The notes beneath the pieces were generated by a model. That model made no database searches, was not told the origin of the DNA, and saw nothing but the letters and a program-made list of their open reading frames with translations. From the NCBI GenBank assembly GCA_963790475.1, contig CAWBOS010000006.1:320001-384000 (forward strand): a DNA stretch of 64,000 bases, written 5' to 3'. Source of the DNA: an uncultured delta proteobacterium. Lineage in GTDB: Bacteria > Desulfobacterota > RBG-13-43-22. Shown here in pieces: positions 9,450 through 19,565 of the stretch. Each line of letters begins with the position of its first letter. The first letter of the stretch is position 1. The position numbers and the translations under genes were made by a program.

Positions 9450-10241
9450 TTACAGGCGCCCTTGTCGGTAAGCTTTGATATAATCCATACAAAAGCCGTC
9501 CCCGCCCATGACCATGATCGCGGTCTTGAGCACACGGTAAAGATCGCGGTCGGTGGGGTCCAGAATAGCGGAGTCCATTCCGGAGGCCATGGCGGCGGTT
9601 AAAAAAGTCCGGTTGATTAGTTTCCGATTCGGAAGTCCGTAAGAAATGTTGGTCAAACCGCAAATGGTATGGACGCCCGGATAGTCTTTCATGATCCTGG
9701 AGATAGCTTGAAGAACATTCACTCCGGATTTGATGTCATTGGCCAGGGGAAAAATAAGGGGGTCCAGGTAAAGGTCCCCCAGGGGGACACCGGCAGCGGT
9801 TACCGTTTCAACCAGCCGCCCGGCCAGCTCCACCTTGGCTTGAGCGGACTGGGCCAGTTGTCCCTGACCCTGGCAGAGTCCGATTACCTTGGCCTTATAT
9901 TGGACTACCAGAGGCAGTATGGATTCCAGACTATGGGGTTCCAGGGTAATGGAGTTGATCATGGGGGGCGAATTCACCAGCGGGAGAACCGAGGCGATGA
10001 CCTGGGCATCGGGGCTGTCCAGACAAAGGGGAAGGGAGGTCGCGCCCTGGACGGTCTCGATGACCCACTTCAGCCGTTCGGCTTCCTCTTGAGGGAAGAC
10101 ACCGGTATTGACATCGATATAGTCCGAGCCGGCTTCCTCCTGTATCCTGGCTTCCCGCTGAATGAACCCTCTGTCGCCGGAGGTTACAGCCCGGGCGATA
10201 GACTTCCGGGAGGAGTTGATTCTTTCTCCAATGATCAGCAT
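9450..10241 (-). CDS. Pterin-binding methyltetrahydrofolate:corrinoid methyltransferase (AcsE/MT2-like)
   Basis: LIIGERINSSRK, YIDVN, PLCLDS, MINSI, GLTNISYGLPNR, AILDP. Confidence 0.9.
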   Translation of the reverse strand: MLIIGERINSSRKSIARAVTSGDRGFIQREARIQEEAGSDYIDVNTGVFPQEEAERLKWVIETVQGATSLPLCLDSPDAQVIASVLPLVNSPPMINSITLEPHSLESILPLVVQYKAKVIGLCQGQGQLAQSAQAKVELAGRLVETVTAAGVPLGDLYLDPLIFPLANDIKSGVNVLQAISRIMKDYPGVHTICGLTNISYGLPNRKLINRTFLTAAMASGMDSAILDPTDRDLYRVLKTAIMVMGGDGFCMDYIKAYRQGRL

Positions 10242-10321
10242 CGATGACCCTTTCCAAGGAGCAGATTCATCTGAGGGCTTATCTCTGACATTTTTTCTTA
10301 CGAGCTATATTGAGATGCTTA

Positions 10322-10426
10322 AAATCCAGAAGTCAGAATCCGGAAGCCAGAATAAGCCCCAAATCTTTTGGATGATTCATCCTCATTCTGAATTATGACT
10401 CCTGGCTCCTGGATTCCAGAATTCAA
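10322..10426. repeat. Heptamer-built intergenic palindromic repeat, copy 1
   Basis: CAGAAGT/CAGAATC units facing ATTCTGA/CTCCTGG units; related to 59815-59900 and 61172-61272. Confidence 0.7.
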
Positions 10427-10437
10427 AATTTATTTGA

Positions 10438-11577
10438 TTAATATTCCTTTCCGAAATTAGCCGCATTCCATTTCCGGCCCTCTTCCAGCATAGCCAGGTA
10501 ATTGGGGAAATGGATGTAACTGGCCACGGAGTTCCCCGTGCCCAATACGTAACCCCCTCCGGCCCCGCAAACGTCCAGAATCTGCCGCGCCCGGTTTCTG
10601 ACTTCCCCTTCGCTCCCTGAGGCCAGCAGGTTCACGTCCACTCCGCCGATCAGACTGATCCTCTTCCCCCAACGGCGATAGACCTCCTCCACCGGCATGA
10701 TCTTGTCCTCGAAGCTGTGTTTTCCATCCAGGCCGGTGTCGCAGAGATCATCCATAATGGCTTTCAGGTTGCCGCAGGAATGAAGCAAGGCCAATTTCCC
10801 CCGGCTATGAGCCAGATCCACCATCCTTTTGAGATGGGGGAAAAATTTTTCCCGCAAAACACCGGGATCTATCATGGTGCCGCTGAAAAACCCCATATCA
10901 TCGCCGATAAAAAATCCGCCGCTCTCCGGCAAATCGATAAATTCTTCGGCCCCTTTATAAATAATCTCCGAAATCTTGTTCAGTAAAGTGTCTACCAGGT
11001 AGGGCTGGTCATACAAAGCAAAGGAAAAGGGAGTCATGCCCATTAACCAGGTGATCCATTCAAATAATCCGCCGGGCAGATTCAGGATTTTCATTCCCTC
11101 GGGGAGAATGAAGGCAATCTCTTTGGCCCATAGATTGATTTCTCCGGGACTCTCCGGCCATTGATATTTCTCAAAAGTCTCCCAACTGGTTATAGGACCG
11201 GAATCGCTGACCATGAAAGACCTCCGGCCGCCTTTGATCTGCACCGATTCTTTAGCGGGGGACTCTCTTCGTACTCCCGAAAAACCTAAAAGCCCGTGGA
11301 CGGTTACAAAATCCCAGCCCATGGACAGATAAAAATCGACCGATCGCTCCAGATATAAGGAGATTTTGTTTTTTGCCGTGTAGGATGGGTCCCGGAATCC
11401 GGAATTTTCATGGAGATACCCTTCGGTTCCCGTATTGAAAAAGGCCCGGAGGGTTCCGGGGTCGGCAAACAGGTCCCCTACGGGTACCGGTCCCGGTTTG
11501 CGCTCTAAAACAGTCCGGCGAAATCGCTCAAAATCCGGTTTCCATCCTTCCGGCACAATATGGTATCTGGTCGGCAT
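10438..11577 (-). CDS. UroD/MtaA-fold protein (putative corrinoid methyltransferase)
   Basis: GDDMG, LLHSCGN, GKHSFED, GGVD, LGTGNS. Confidence 0.85.
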   Translation of the reverse strand: MPTRYHIVPEGWKPDFERFRRTVLERKPGPVPVGDLFADPGTLRAFFNTGTEGYLHENSGFRDPSYTAKNKISLYLERSVDFYLSMGWDFVTVHGLLGFSGVRRESPAKESVQIKGGRRSFMVSDSGPITSWETFEKYQWPESPGEINLWAKEIAFILPEGMKILNLPGGLFEWITWLMGMTPFSFALYDQPYLVDTLLNKISEIIYKGAEEFIDLPESGGFFIGDDMGFFSGTMIDPGVLREKFFPHLKRMVDLAHSRGKLALLHSCGNLKAIMDDLCDTGLDGKHSFEDKIMPVEEVYRRWGKRISLIGGVDVNLLASGSEGEVRNRARQILDVCGAGGGYVLGTGNSVASYIHFPNYLAMLEEGRKWNAANFGKEY

Positions 11578-11590
11578 ACAAGGATCCTAG

Positions 11591-12682
11591 CTACGATTTA
11601 TTCCGGCTCATGTCCTCATTGGCCAAAGTCTTTAAAAAATCCCGGGCAGATTCCAGGGTCGTGGGACCGATGACGTATAAGATGAATCCTTTTCCGCCCA
11701 ATTCCTTAACGATGGTCCGGGCCCCTTCAGCCGTGACGAAGACCTGACAGAACTTGCCCCCGTCCCGGATGCGCCGGAGCAGGTCCGGCCACTCTTCGGC
11801 CGGGGGCTGTCCACCGCCGGAAATCCATTGAATGCCTTTCAGACTATCCAGGGAAAGGAGCATTTCCAGGTGAGGTATCTGGCCTTTACCGTCAAGGTGA
11901 TAAAAGGCGTGATCCATGGTGCTGAAAATGGCATCCAGGTCCGGCAGCACGAAGCGTTCGAACATTTTGGGAGAAATCATATAACAGAAGTCGGACTGAT
12001 GCATGCAAGTTCGGCCCGGCGACCAGACGCAGGCCCAGTTGGAGGTGCCCCGGCCGGCAGGTTTAATGATGTCGTACAACCGGTTATAATACTCTATCCA
12101 GGCTTTGGTGATCCCGGCCGACAACCGTTCCACTTCTTCGGGGGCGTCATACAAGTCATATAACAGGTTCTGGGAGGAACGGAAGGCGGCCAGGATATCG
12201 AGGTTGCCGCCGATATCGGTGTGGGCCATGGAAATCTTGTTCCCCCAGCGCTCCACCGCCTGGCGGGTGATGCCTTCCACCCGTTTCCACCATTGGTTGT
12301 CCGGATCGAACTTAAGGTGTAATTCATTCAGGAGAACCGGTTTTTCCAAACCAAACCAGACAGTCCCCTGTTCCGGCATGCCGGTGACTTCGGCGCCCAG
12401 AAAACCGGCGGCAATACCGGGCCCATGGTTGACGAATATCTTGGGCCAGGCGTCACCGAAATAATAGGTTTTATCCAGTTGGCCCTGATAAAAATTTAAT
12501 ACCTCGTCGATTGGTTTTTCCAGCATGAATTCACGGCTGAGAACCAGAGAAGGTTTGGCATAGAGCATATTCCAGGTTTCCATAACAACCATGGGCCGGT
12601 CCAGTTCTCCGGCCAAGAAGGCCGACCAATCCCGTTCGATTCTCTCCCAGTCTTCTTCAGTGAAATTTATCCGGTCAATCAT
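11591..12682 (-). CDS. UroD/MtaA-fold protein (putative corrinoid methyltransferase)
   Basis: QSDFCYMISPKMFERFVLP, FYHLDGKG, IQW..G. Confidence 0.8.
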   Translation of the reverse strand: MIDRINFTEEDWERIERDWSAFLAGELDRPMVVMETWNMLYAKPSLVLSREFMLEKPIDEVLNFYQGQLDKTYYFGDAWPKIFVNHGPGIAAGFLGAEVTGMPEQGTVWFGLEKPVLLNELHLKFDPDNQWWKRVEGITRQAVERWGNKISMAHTDIGGNLDILAAFRSSQNLLYDLYDAPEEVERLSAGITKAWIEYYNRLYDIIKPAGRGTSNWACVWSPGRTCMHQSDFCYMISPKMFERFVLPDLDAIFSTMDHAFYHLDGKGQIPHLEMLLSLDSLKGIQWISGGGQPPAEEWPDLLRRIRDGGKFCQVFVTAEGARTIVKELGGKGFILYVIGPTTLESARDFLKTLANEDMSRNKS

Positions 12683-12698
12683 CAGATCGTTTTCCTTT

Positions 12699-13868
12699 CT
12701 AACTGTAGGACCCCACCGTGTCTACGAGCCGGCGTATCAATTTGAAGTTCTCGGGTAAGGCCCCGCGGGGCGCCACATCGGCACTCCCCAGCATCACACC
12801 CCGGAAAGGCTTGAGCCGTTCCAGCAGGCCGGAAATCTCGGCTTCCACGAAGGCCGGATCCGGACTGATAAAGGTCGTCGGGTCCACACCGCCGATGACC
12901 ACTTTTCCGGGAAGACCCGCCGCGGCTTCATCCAAAGGGAAATCCCCGGTGGGAGGCGGCGGTGCATCAATGATGCCGTGAAAGCGGCCGGCCGCCAGGT
13001 CTTCTTTAAATGCCCTTAATCGGCCGCACATGTGGATCAGATATATTTTCCCGGCCGACCGGAGAATCCCGGCGTATTCATTTAAAAAGGGAAGGACGTA
13101 TTTCCGGAACATCTTCGGCGAGAGCAAGGTACTGGAGGTGTTTTCATATTCAATAACCACCTGGGCCGGACTCTCGACGATAACCTCCAATTGTCTTTTG
13201 AGGGAAAGATGCAGTTGTTGAAGGATGTCCTCCACTTCCCGGGGATAATCGTTAAGGAGATAGTAGGTATTTTCAAGGCCCCAGACCATTTCAATCAGGA
13301 ACATCAGGGGTGTATTGTTGAAGGAAGTCGTGGCGATCCCGTCGTCACCGATATCTTTATCTACCAGATTGAAATTTTCGTACAAAGGTTCGGGCCGGTT
13401 ACGGTCCATATGATCAACCGCCCAGTGAAAGATTTTCATTTCCTCCAGGTTGTTTACCACGTGTTTTATGGCATGAGGAATAGAGCCCACCTTATCGGAA
13501 AAGGCCCATTGGCCGGTCAGGGTTCCTATGGGGGTGACCAGGGTCTCCTCCAACACGCTGTCCTTAAAATCGATTTTTGTCTCCACCTCCGGACCAAAAC
13601 CACCGAGCAGCTGCATATGGACTGCTCCTCGATGAAATCCCATCACCGGAACGTGGCGGATCATCAGGTCACACCCCAGGGCCCTGGAGGCGGTTGCCAT
13701 CCTGGCCGGGTAAGGATCGCGGGTGGTCAGACCTCCTATGATTGCCGGAGGCATGTCCATCAGGGTGAAGTGATCGACCAGTGGTACAAAGGGAATTTTA
13801 TCCACCGGATCTAAGGCCAGGGCGGCCATTATCCGCTCCCGGCCGGTCATTTCCAGATTATTGGCCAT
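12699..13868 (-). CDS. UroD/MtaA-fold protein (putative corrinoid methyltransferase)
   Basis: MTGRERIMAAL...VDKIP, LLSPKMFRKYVLP, IHMCG, GGVDP; start may be TTG 13886. Confidence 0.82.
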   Translation of the reverse strand: MANNLEMTGRERIMAALALDPVDKIPFVPLVDHFTLMDMPPAIIGGLTTRDPYPARMATASRALGCDLMIRHVPVMGFHRGAVHMQLLGGFGPEVETKIDFKDSVLEETLVTPIGTLTGQWAFSDKVGSIPHAIKHVVNNLEEMKIFHWAVDHMDRNRPEPLYENFNLVDKDIGDDGIATTSFNNTPLMFLIEMVWGLENTYYLLNDYPREVEDILQQLHLSLKRQLEVIVESPAQVVIEYENTSSTLLSPKMFRKYVLPFLNEYAGILRSAGKIYLIHMCGRLRAFKEDLAAGRFHGIIDAPPPPTGDFPLDEAAAGLPGKVVIGGVDPTTFISPDPAFVEAEISGLLERLKPFRGVMLGSADVAPRGALPENFKLIRRLVDTVGSYS

Positions 13869-14197
13869 CGATTTTTCACCCGACAACTCTAAAAATTTAT
13901 CTCTAACTCTCGATACTAAGGTTCAAAATTTCGTAACATTTTATTTTTTTGAAAAACTTTTTTTGCCACAAACCCGCACGGACACACACGGACCTTTTCC
14001 CTTGCGGACCTTCGCAGGTGAAAACCTGCTTGGCCGAAAAGGCCGGCAGGGGTACTGATTGATAGGTCATCAATCAGTACATTTCTTTCCGTCCGTCTTT
14101 GTCTGCCTTGTCTGTTCCAAAAAATATTCAGGACGTGCCTTTTTAAAACCCTAAACTGATACAAAATTTCAAATATATTCGGCTAGTCCTTATTGGC

Positions 14198-14638
14198 TCA
14201 GTGCACATCCATTTTCAAAGGGGCAACGACATATTTGCCGGCCCGCTCGGCCAGATCCATATAGGGTTTATAAGGTCTGAACAGCTTGGGATCAGCCAGA
14301 TCCGGGATCCGGTAATCGACCAGTTTTCCTAAGTCGGCCAGGGGGTAATCGAAAGCATGGTCCCAACTCCGGCCGGTCACTTTCTGACCCACACCCCATT
14401 CGTCATAATAGACCGCTCCTTTTTCCCGGGGAGGCCGAGCTTCAGGTCCGGGCAACAGAAAGCGGACGATAATCGCTTCGAAGAAGTCACTGCCGAAAGG
14501 TGCGAGAAGACTATAAGGGAGGCGTGGAGGTCCGTCAAACTCGATAGCCCGCTTCACGATTTCGCGGCTGGTCAGGCCGGGAGGCACGGGTTGCGGTTCC
14601 AGGTATTTCTCCAGGAATTTTGGGATAAAAATTTTCAT
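14198..14638 (-). pseudogene. Truncated UroD/MtaA-fold gene (N-terminal 146 aa only)
   Basis: TSREIVKRAIEFDGPPRLP and DEWGV N-terminal motifs; runs into repeat-like DNA and stops; no HxC metal motif. Confidence 0.7.
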
Positions 14639-14644
14639 GCCCGC

Positions 14645-15280
14645 CTATGATCTGCTCAATAATTCTTTGGCCTTTCTACCGGCACCGGCGGCGTCGTCGG
14701 CATAGCCGTCGGCACCGATCTGCTCGGCGAAGGTCTGGGTGACCGGTGCGCCCCCGACGAAGACCTTGACACTATCTCTCAGATTATTTTCGATCAGTTT
14801 TTTTATAACGTCTGTCATTCCGGACATGGTGGTGGTCAGCAGCGCAGAGAGGCCGAGCAGATTCGGTTTTTCGCTCCGAACAACTTCAATGAACCGTTCC
14901 GAGGAAACATCCGTTCCCACATCGATGACTTCGAACCCCGCCCCCTCGAGCATCAGCCCGACCAGGTTTTTACCGATGTCGTGCAGGTCTCCGGCCACCG
15001 TCCCGATGACGACCTTGCCGACCGGTTTTACCCCCGAATCGATCAGATGAGGGCTGAGAATGGCAACGCCGGTCTTCATAGCCCGGTCGGCTATCAGCAT
15101 TTCAGGGACAAAGAATTCTCCCGATTCAAAGCGCTTGCCGACTTCATCCATGGCCTTGATCAGTCCCTCATTTAAAATCACCTCCGGCTTGGTATCTTCC
15201 TCAAGGGCCCTTTTTACTCCGGCTTCCACGGCGTTCCTGTCGCCACTGATCACGGCTTCATAGATCGAATTTATGTTCAT
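14645..15280 (-). CDS. Corrinoid (B12-binding) methyl-carrier protein, MtaC/MttC-like
   Basis: Cap domain M.EVG.RFE.GEFFVPEM; GDLHDIGKNLV, SALLTTT, VGGAP. Confidence 0.95.
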   Translation of the reverse strand: MNINSIYEAVISGDRNAVEAGVKRALEEDTKPEVILNEGLIKAMDEVGKRFESGEFFVPEMLIADRAMKTGVAILSPHLIDSGVKPVGKVVIGTVAGDLHDIGKNLVGLMLEGAGFEVIDVGTDVSSERFIEVVRSEKPNLLGLSALLTTTMSGMTDVIKKLIENNLRDSVKVFVGGAPVTQTFAEQIGADGYADDAAGAGRKAKELLSRS

Positions 15281-15410
15281 CTTTCCTCCTTCTCGTCAGA
15301 ATTCTTCTCTGATTTTTTTTCACTCACATAATATCCGGTCGATTCGGCAGATTCTGTAAAGAAAAAAAACTCTCTTTCATGTCTTCAAAAAATCTCTCGG
15401 AGACGGCGGT

Positions 15411-17234
15411 TCAATAGGTTAAGCCGTGCCCGAAAGGGAAAAGAGGATTTTCCGAATCGTAAGGAAGGTCCTCCTTTTGTTTCCTGACCGCTTCCATGGA
15501 AGAAGGCAATTCAAAGGGCAGCTTCCCTGATGGATTGAACCGTCCGAAAATCACATCAAGGACGGCTGAATCGGAAGCCCCGAATTCGCCCAGCAGTCCG
15601 GCGCTTTTTTCAGCGATCTCCGGCATCACCGCCGGTCGATCCAGGTGGATGACCACAATGGTCGTAACCCGTTCCAGAATATCCAGGATGCGTCTCTTTT
15701 CTTCTCCTTTGAAATCCAGATCTCCGGCATGAAACCTCCTTTCCAGAAATCCTTCCCGCGATTCAAAGGGGGCATCAAGACGGAGAATGGCCAGATCGGC
15801 CTCCTCCAAACGATCAACCACCCGACCATATTCACCGGCCGTCTCTGCTTTTATATTTTCAACAAAGATTTTGGGATTATTTTTTGGGGGAAGAATCGGT
15901 CCTCGGGCGCTCAGGGCGTTTTTCAATAAGACGATTGATTTTCGCTGGGCCAACTCGCCTGCTCTTCGGAAGTCTCTGCTCCCAACGGTCTTTTCCGCCG
16001 AATCCGGATCGACATAGGGGCTATCAAACAATCCTAACCTGAATTTATCCCTGAGCAGGCGCCGGATGGACTCATTGATCCGCTCCTCAGTAATCCGACC
16101 TGATTGGACCAATTGGACGATCACCTCGGGGCTGGCTTCGCCGCCGAATTGATCCACACCGGCAGCGATCGCTTTTTCGACCCGTTGTTCAAGAGTCAGA
16201 TTCTCCACCCCCCAGCACTTGGCCTCCACCCGGACTTGTCCATCGATAATGACCGGGGAGAGGAGCCGCCAGTCGGTGCAAACCACCCCCCCGAAACCCA
16301 GCTTTTGCCGGAGTAAGCCCGTGATGATATCCTTATTAAATCCGAAACCGACCTCTTCCACAGGCAGACCGACCGGCATGCCATAGTAGGGCATGATCTG
16401 GGCCGTGCCCGCCTCCAGGGCGGCTTTAAAGGGGAGAAGATGGTAGTCAAAATTATTCCCGGGATAGACCTGTTCCCGCCCGTAACTGAAGTGAGGGTCT
16501 TCGCCGTCCTTTTGAGGACCGCCTCCGGGGAAGTGCTTGGTCATGCAGGCCACGCTGTTCGGCCCTAGTTCATCTCCCTGAAAGCCTTTGATATAAGCGG
16601 AGACCATCTGGGAAGCAAGTTCGGCATCCTCGCCGAAGGTCCCCATGATTCTTGACCATCGCGGTTCCGTGGCCAGGTCGGCCATGGGATGCAGAGCAAC
16701 CCGGATGCCCACTGCCAGGTATTCCTGCCGGGCGACATCACCGAAGGTCTTTACCAGGGCCGGATCCCGGGTCGCGGCCAGACCGATCGGTTCCGGCCAT
16801 AAGGAAAAACTTCCGGCCGTAATACTGGCGGCCAGGTTCTGGCTGAAGCCATGCCGCGGATCGGAAGAAATAGTGACCGGAATGCCCAGGCGGGAGCTTT
16901 CGGCCAGTTTCTGCAGCCGGTTATACCATTGGGCGAATGACCTTGGCTCGACCTCCGCATACACGTTGAAATGATTAATATGCCGGTTAATAACCAGATT
17001 GGAGCTGGAATTGCGCGATAAAGGTCCGTCAGACTCCTTAAGGAAATCGTTATCGTTCACATCGATCCAGGTGTGGAACATCATCCCGGCCTTTTCTTCC
17101 AGGGTCATCCGCGTCAGCAAATCCTCGATCCGTTCTCGGATCGGCCGGCGGTGGTCCTCATAAGGATCCAGACTTCCGTTATTATTCAAATCACGAAAAA
17201 CAAAATCATCCCCGGCTTTCTTCCGAACGCTCAT
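15411..17234 (-). CDS. Glycoside hydrolase family 3 (beta-glucosidase-like)
   Basis: RLGIP...SDPRH, KHFPG, nucleophile VCTDW, SIVLLKN, PSGKLP, FGHGLTY; no signal peptide. Confidence 0.93.
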   Translation of the reverse strand: MSVRKKAGDDFVFRDLNNNGSLDPYEDHRRPIRERIEDLLTRMTLEEKAGMMFHTWIDVNDNDFLKESDGPLSRNSSSNLVINRHINHFNVYAEVEPRSFAQWYNRLQKLAESSRLGIPVTISSDPRHGFSQNLAASITAGSFSLWPEPIGLAATRDPALVKTFGDVARQEYLAVGIRVALHPMADLATEPRWSRIMGTFGEDAELASQMVSAYIKGFQGDELGPNSVACMTKHFPGGGPQKDGEDPHFSYGREQVYPGNNFDYHLLPFKAALEAGTAQIMPYYGMPVGLPVEEVGFGFNKDIITGLLRQKLGFGGVVCTDWRLLSPVIIDGQVRVEAKCWGVENLTLEQRVEKAIAAGVDQFGGEASPEVIVQLVQSGRITEERINESIRRLLRDKFRLGLFDSPYVDPDSAEKTVGSRDFRRAGELAQRKSIVLLKNALSARGPILPPKNNPKIFVENIKAETAGEYGRVVDRLEEADLAILRLDAPFESREGFLERRFHAGDLDFKGEEKRRILDILERVTTIVVIHLDRPAVMPEIAEKSAGLLGEFGASDSAVLDVIFGRFNPSGKLPFELPSSMEAVRKQKEDLPYDSENPLFPFGHGLTY

Positions 17235-17330
17235 GCGGTTCCTCTCTTATTGATGAGTGCATAATTACCTACGCCTGCCAGGGAGCTTTTTTCTTGCGCC
17301 TTAGGCTAAGGGTTTGGATTTTCTCTGCGC

Positions 17331-17719
17331 TTATTGAAGCAAGCGTTTTATAAGGTCCGGATCGTCCTCAAACATCCGTAGAAAATTCCCCTGAATCAAG
17401 TCTGTCATTTGTTCAACAGTGGTATTTTTCACTGCGGCCAATTCAGAAATCACATCGATGATGTTCCTGGGTAACCCCAGGGCATCGGGCAGACTGAGTT
17501 TAACCAGTGGATTGTCGGTTTCGGTCAGCAGCCGCTCCAAGGGTATTTCTCGAGCGATGTTTTTTATATGATCTGAAAATAGAATTTCAACACCGATGGT
17601 AAAATAGGCCCCCAGAGAAACCAATGGAAGTAGAAAATCCGATATTGTTTTGTCTCGGCCAGGGCCAGGGCTTCGTTTTCGCTAAACAGATCGAAATGGG
17701 TATGGGCGTCGATCAGCAT
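17331..17719 (-). pseudogene. tatD: TatD hydrolase remnant with large internal deletion
   Basis: MLIDAHTH from ATG 17719 joined out of frame to the C-terminal ...IPLERLLTETDNP... segment; the centre is missing. Confidence 0.8.
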
Positions 17720-17905
17720 CACCATCTCTTGCTTCGTTGATTTATATTAAAATAATCGGACTATGAAATTAGGAGATTTGACCTTGCATGTCAAGGAATA
17801 AGGTCTCGAGCATCCGGGACCTGACCTTTTTGGTCGGTAGTTTGAATAGCGAAACGCTTCTTAGGCGCTTAGTGAATCAACATCGACAAAGTTTTGTCGA
17901 TAATA

Positions 17906-19564
17906 TTATGCTGCCATTTTATAAATTTCAAAAATTTGTTGCATCTCATGTTGGATATTTTTGTAATGAATATCGATAGTAGAGAAGTTTCCAGGTTTTG
18001 GTCCGGGATGATGCTTTTCAGCGCCAGCGAGCAGAGGAATCAATATTTTTTCCCGCAGAACAAGGACAGCCGTCATCGAACGCAAGCCCACCGGGGTGGC
18101 CATATAACAGCGCGAATGGCCGATCATTTGAACCAGATCTTTACCTCTAAACTTTTTCAAGTCATAAGAAGCCTGCCGAGCCTGATACCGGCTCTGCGGG
18201 ATTCTGAGAATTTCCCGGACTTTTTCTGCCAGATTCGCAGCCGTAAATCCACGGGGATGGATAGAAAGAGCAATAACAGCTTCCATGACCGCCCGGATAC
18301 GAGGCCGATTGATATCGACCCCTCCCACGGAGGTGGCTCCAACCTTAGAGGGCAGAGGCCACTTCTCCAAGGTACCGTTATCAATAAAAGAAACATCGAC
18401 CCCGTTCAGAACGGTGAGGAATCTTTCCAGGACTTCTTTAAGGGATTCGCAGATCTGTGGGAAACGATCGATCCGTTTTCCGCAACGCAACTGACTCGTA
18501 TTGTGAATAATAACCTCGGTTCGGAGAACCCTTTCGCCTTTGCTATACATCTTGACCGTCATTTTTCCAAAATGGATTTTGAAGATCGTCAGATCATAGA
18601 CAGGTCTCTCGACCGTGATCTCGAATCGAGGCAACGGTTTCTTGCCGTGATGACTGAATGGCCGGTGTCGATAGCCAAAAATAGTTCGAACCGTCTTGAG
18701 ATTCAAAGGGGCTCTGGTTCGATCGATCAAGCCCTGGAACACCTGATCCAAAGTTCGGCCTCGGTTAAAAAGCAGATTGCGGCTATACTCCATCTGATAA
18801 ACAGAATAACTGTAATGGAAGCCACTGGCTTTCTGCTCCGAAAGATCCAAGGCAAAACAAAGACAGGCCGAATAAATCCATTGATCGCAGGTCCGAACCA
18901 GACGCCCTACAGAGCACGAGGCCCTCATGGTATCCGCGATGTGGTCCAGACCTGCGCTATCGGTCACTGCCGTAAAGCAGTTACCTTCTTTAGTAAAGAC
19001 AAGCCCTTGTTTCATGGCCTGACGGGATAGATATTCATGTCCGTTCAGGATGATCTGGGCATTAAAAGGAGGATGGGGACAGAGTTTGATGGTCAGATGT
19101 CCCCATTCCGGATCCATTATGTGGAACGAATAATGGTTGACATAGGGGTAAGGGGTCTTGGTGGAAATGTTACTGATCCCCCCGCTTTTAGATCGCTGAA
19201 TGTGGAAAAGGGGTGCCGGAGCAATCCCGGCCAGAATACAAAATACACCCCGAAAGTTCGGATCCCCGGGAATATATTGCTCGGCCACCTCGTGCTTTCG
19301 TTCACCGCGCTGGCAATGGATCAAGGGAATACCTTCTTTCTTAGCATAGGCATGAATCCGTCGGCTGAGTCGTCCGGCAAAACGCATCAGGTTGGTATCA
19401 TTCAGATCGTTATCTGTTCCCTTCAAGGCCCGCCACCAGGTTCTAAATCCTCCAGGGGACTGGCCAAAAATGAAATAGGCATTGAGCACAATACGATCAA
19501 TACAATCATAAATGCCGTCAAGGTAGTCTTGATATTGCTTGCAAAATTCATCTGCCATGATCAT
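17906..19564 (-). CDS. Putative non-DDE transposase/relaxase-like protein with C-terminal winged HTH
   Basis: 552 aa; DRIVLN, CPHPPF...LNGHEY, YQMEYSRN, KMYSKG..VLRTEV (YxK/RxE pattern reminiscent of Rep_trans), wHTH-like ASYDLKKFRGKDLV...Y.AT..G. Confidence 0.6.
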   Translation of the reverse strand: MIMADEFCKQYQDYLDGIYDCIDRIVLNAYFIFGQSPGGFRTWWRALKGTDNDLNDTNLMRFAGRLSRRIHAYAKKEGIPLIHCQRGERKHEVAEQYIPGDPNFRGVFCILAGIAPAPLFHIQRSKSGGISNISTKTPYPYVNHYSFHIMDPEWGHLTIKLCPHPPFNAQIILNGHEYLSRQAMKQGLVFTKEGNCFTAVTDSAGLDHIADTMRASCSVGRLVRTCDQWIYSACLCFALDLSEQKASGFHYSYSVYQMEYSRNLLFNRGRTLDQVFQGLIDRTRAPLNLKTVRTIFGYRHRPFSHHGKKPLPRFEITVERPVYDLTIFKIHFGKMTVKMYSKGERVLRTEVIIHNTSQLRCGKRIDRFPQICESLKEVLERFLTVLNGVDVSFIDNGTLEKWPLPSKVGATSVGGVDINRPRIRAVMEAVIALSIHPRGFTAANLAEKVREILRIPQSRYQARQASYDLKKFRGKDLVQMIGHSRCYMATPVGLRSMTAVLVLREKILIPLLAGAEKHHPGPKPGNFSTIDIHYKNIQHEMQQIFEIYKMAA

Positions 19565-19565
19565 C

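Noticed and set aside
10322-10426. Short periodic repeats as a CRISPR array
   Set aside because: 7-nt periodicity without unique spacers; no cas genes in the window
14198-14200. TGA ending the truncated UroD-like gene as possible Sec
   Set aside because: TAG follows four codons later, similarity is already lost before the TGA, and no SECIS is evident
17850-17885. Junction promoter on circularisation of the IS-like element (TTGATT-16-TACTAC)
   Set aside because: Weak -10 and short spacing; the element already has a better internal promoter
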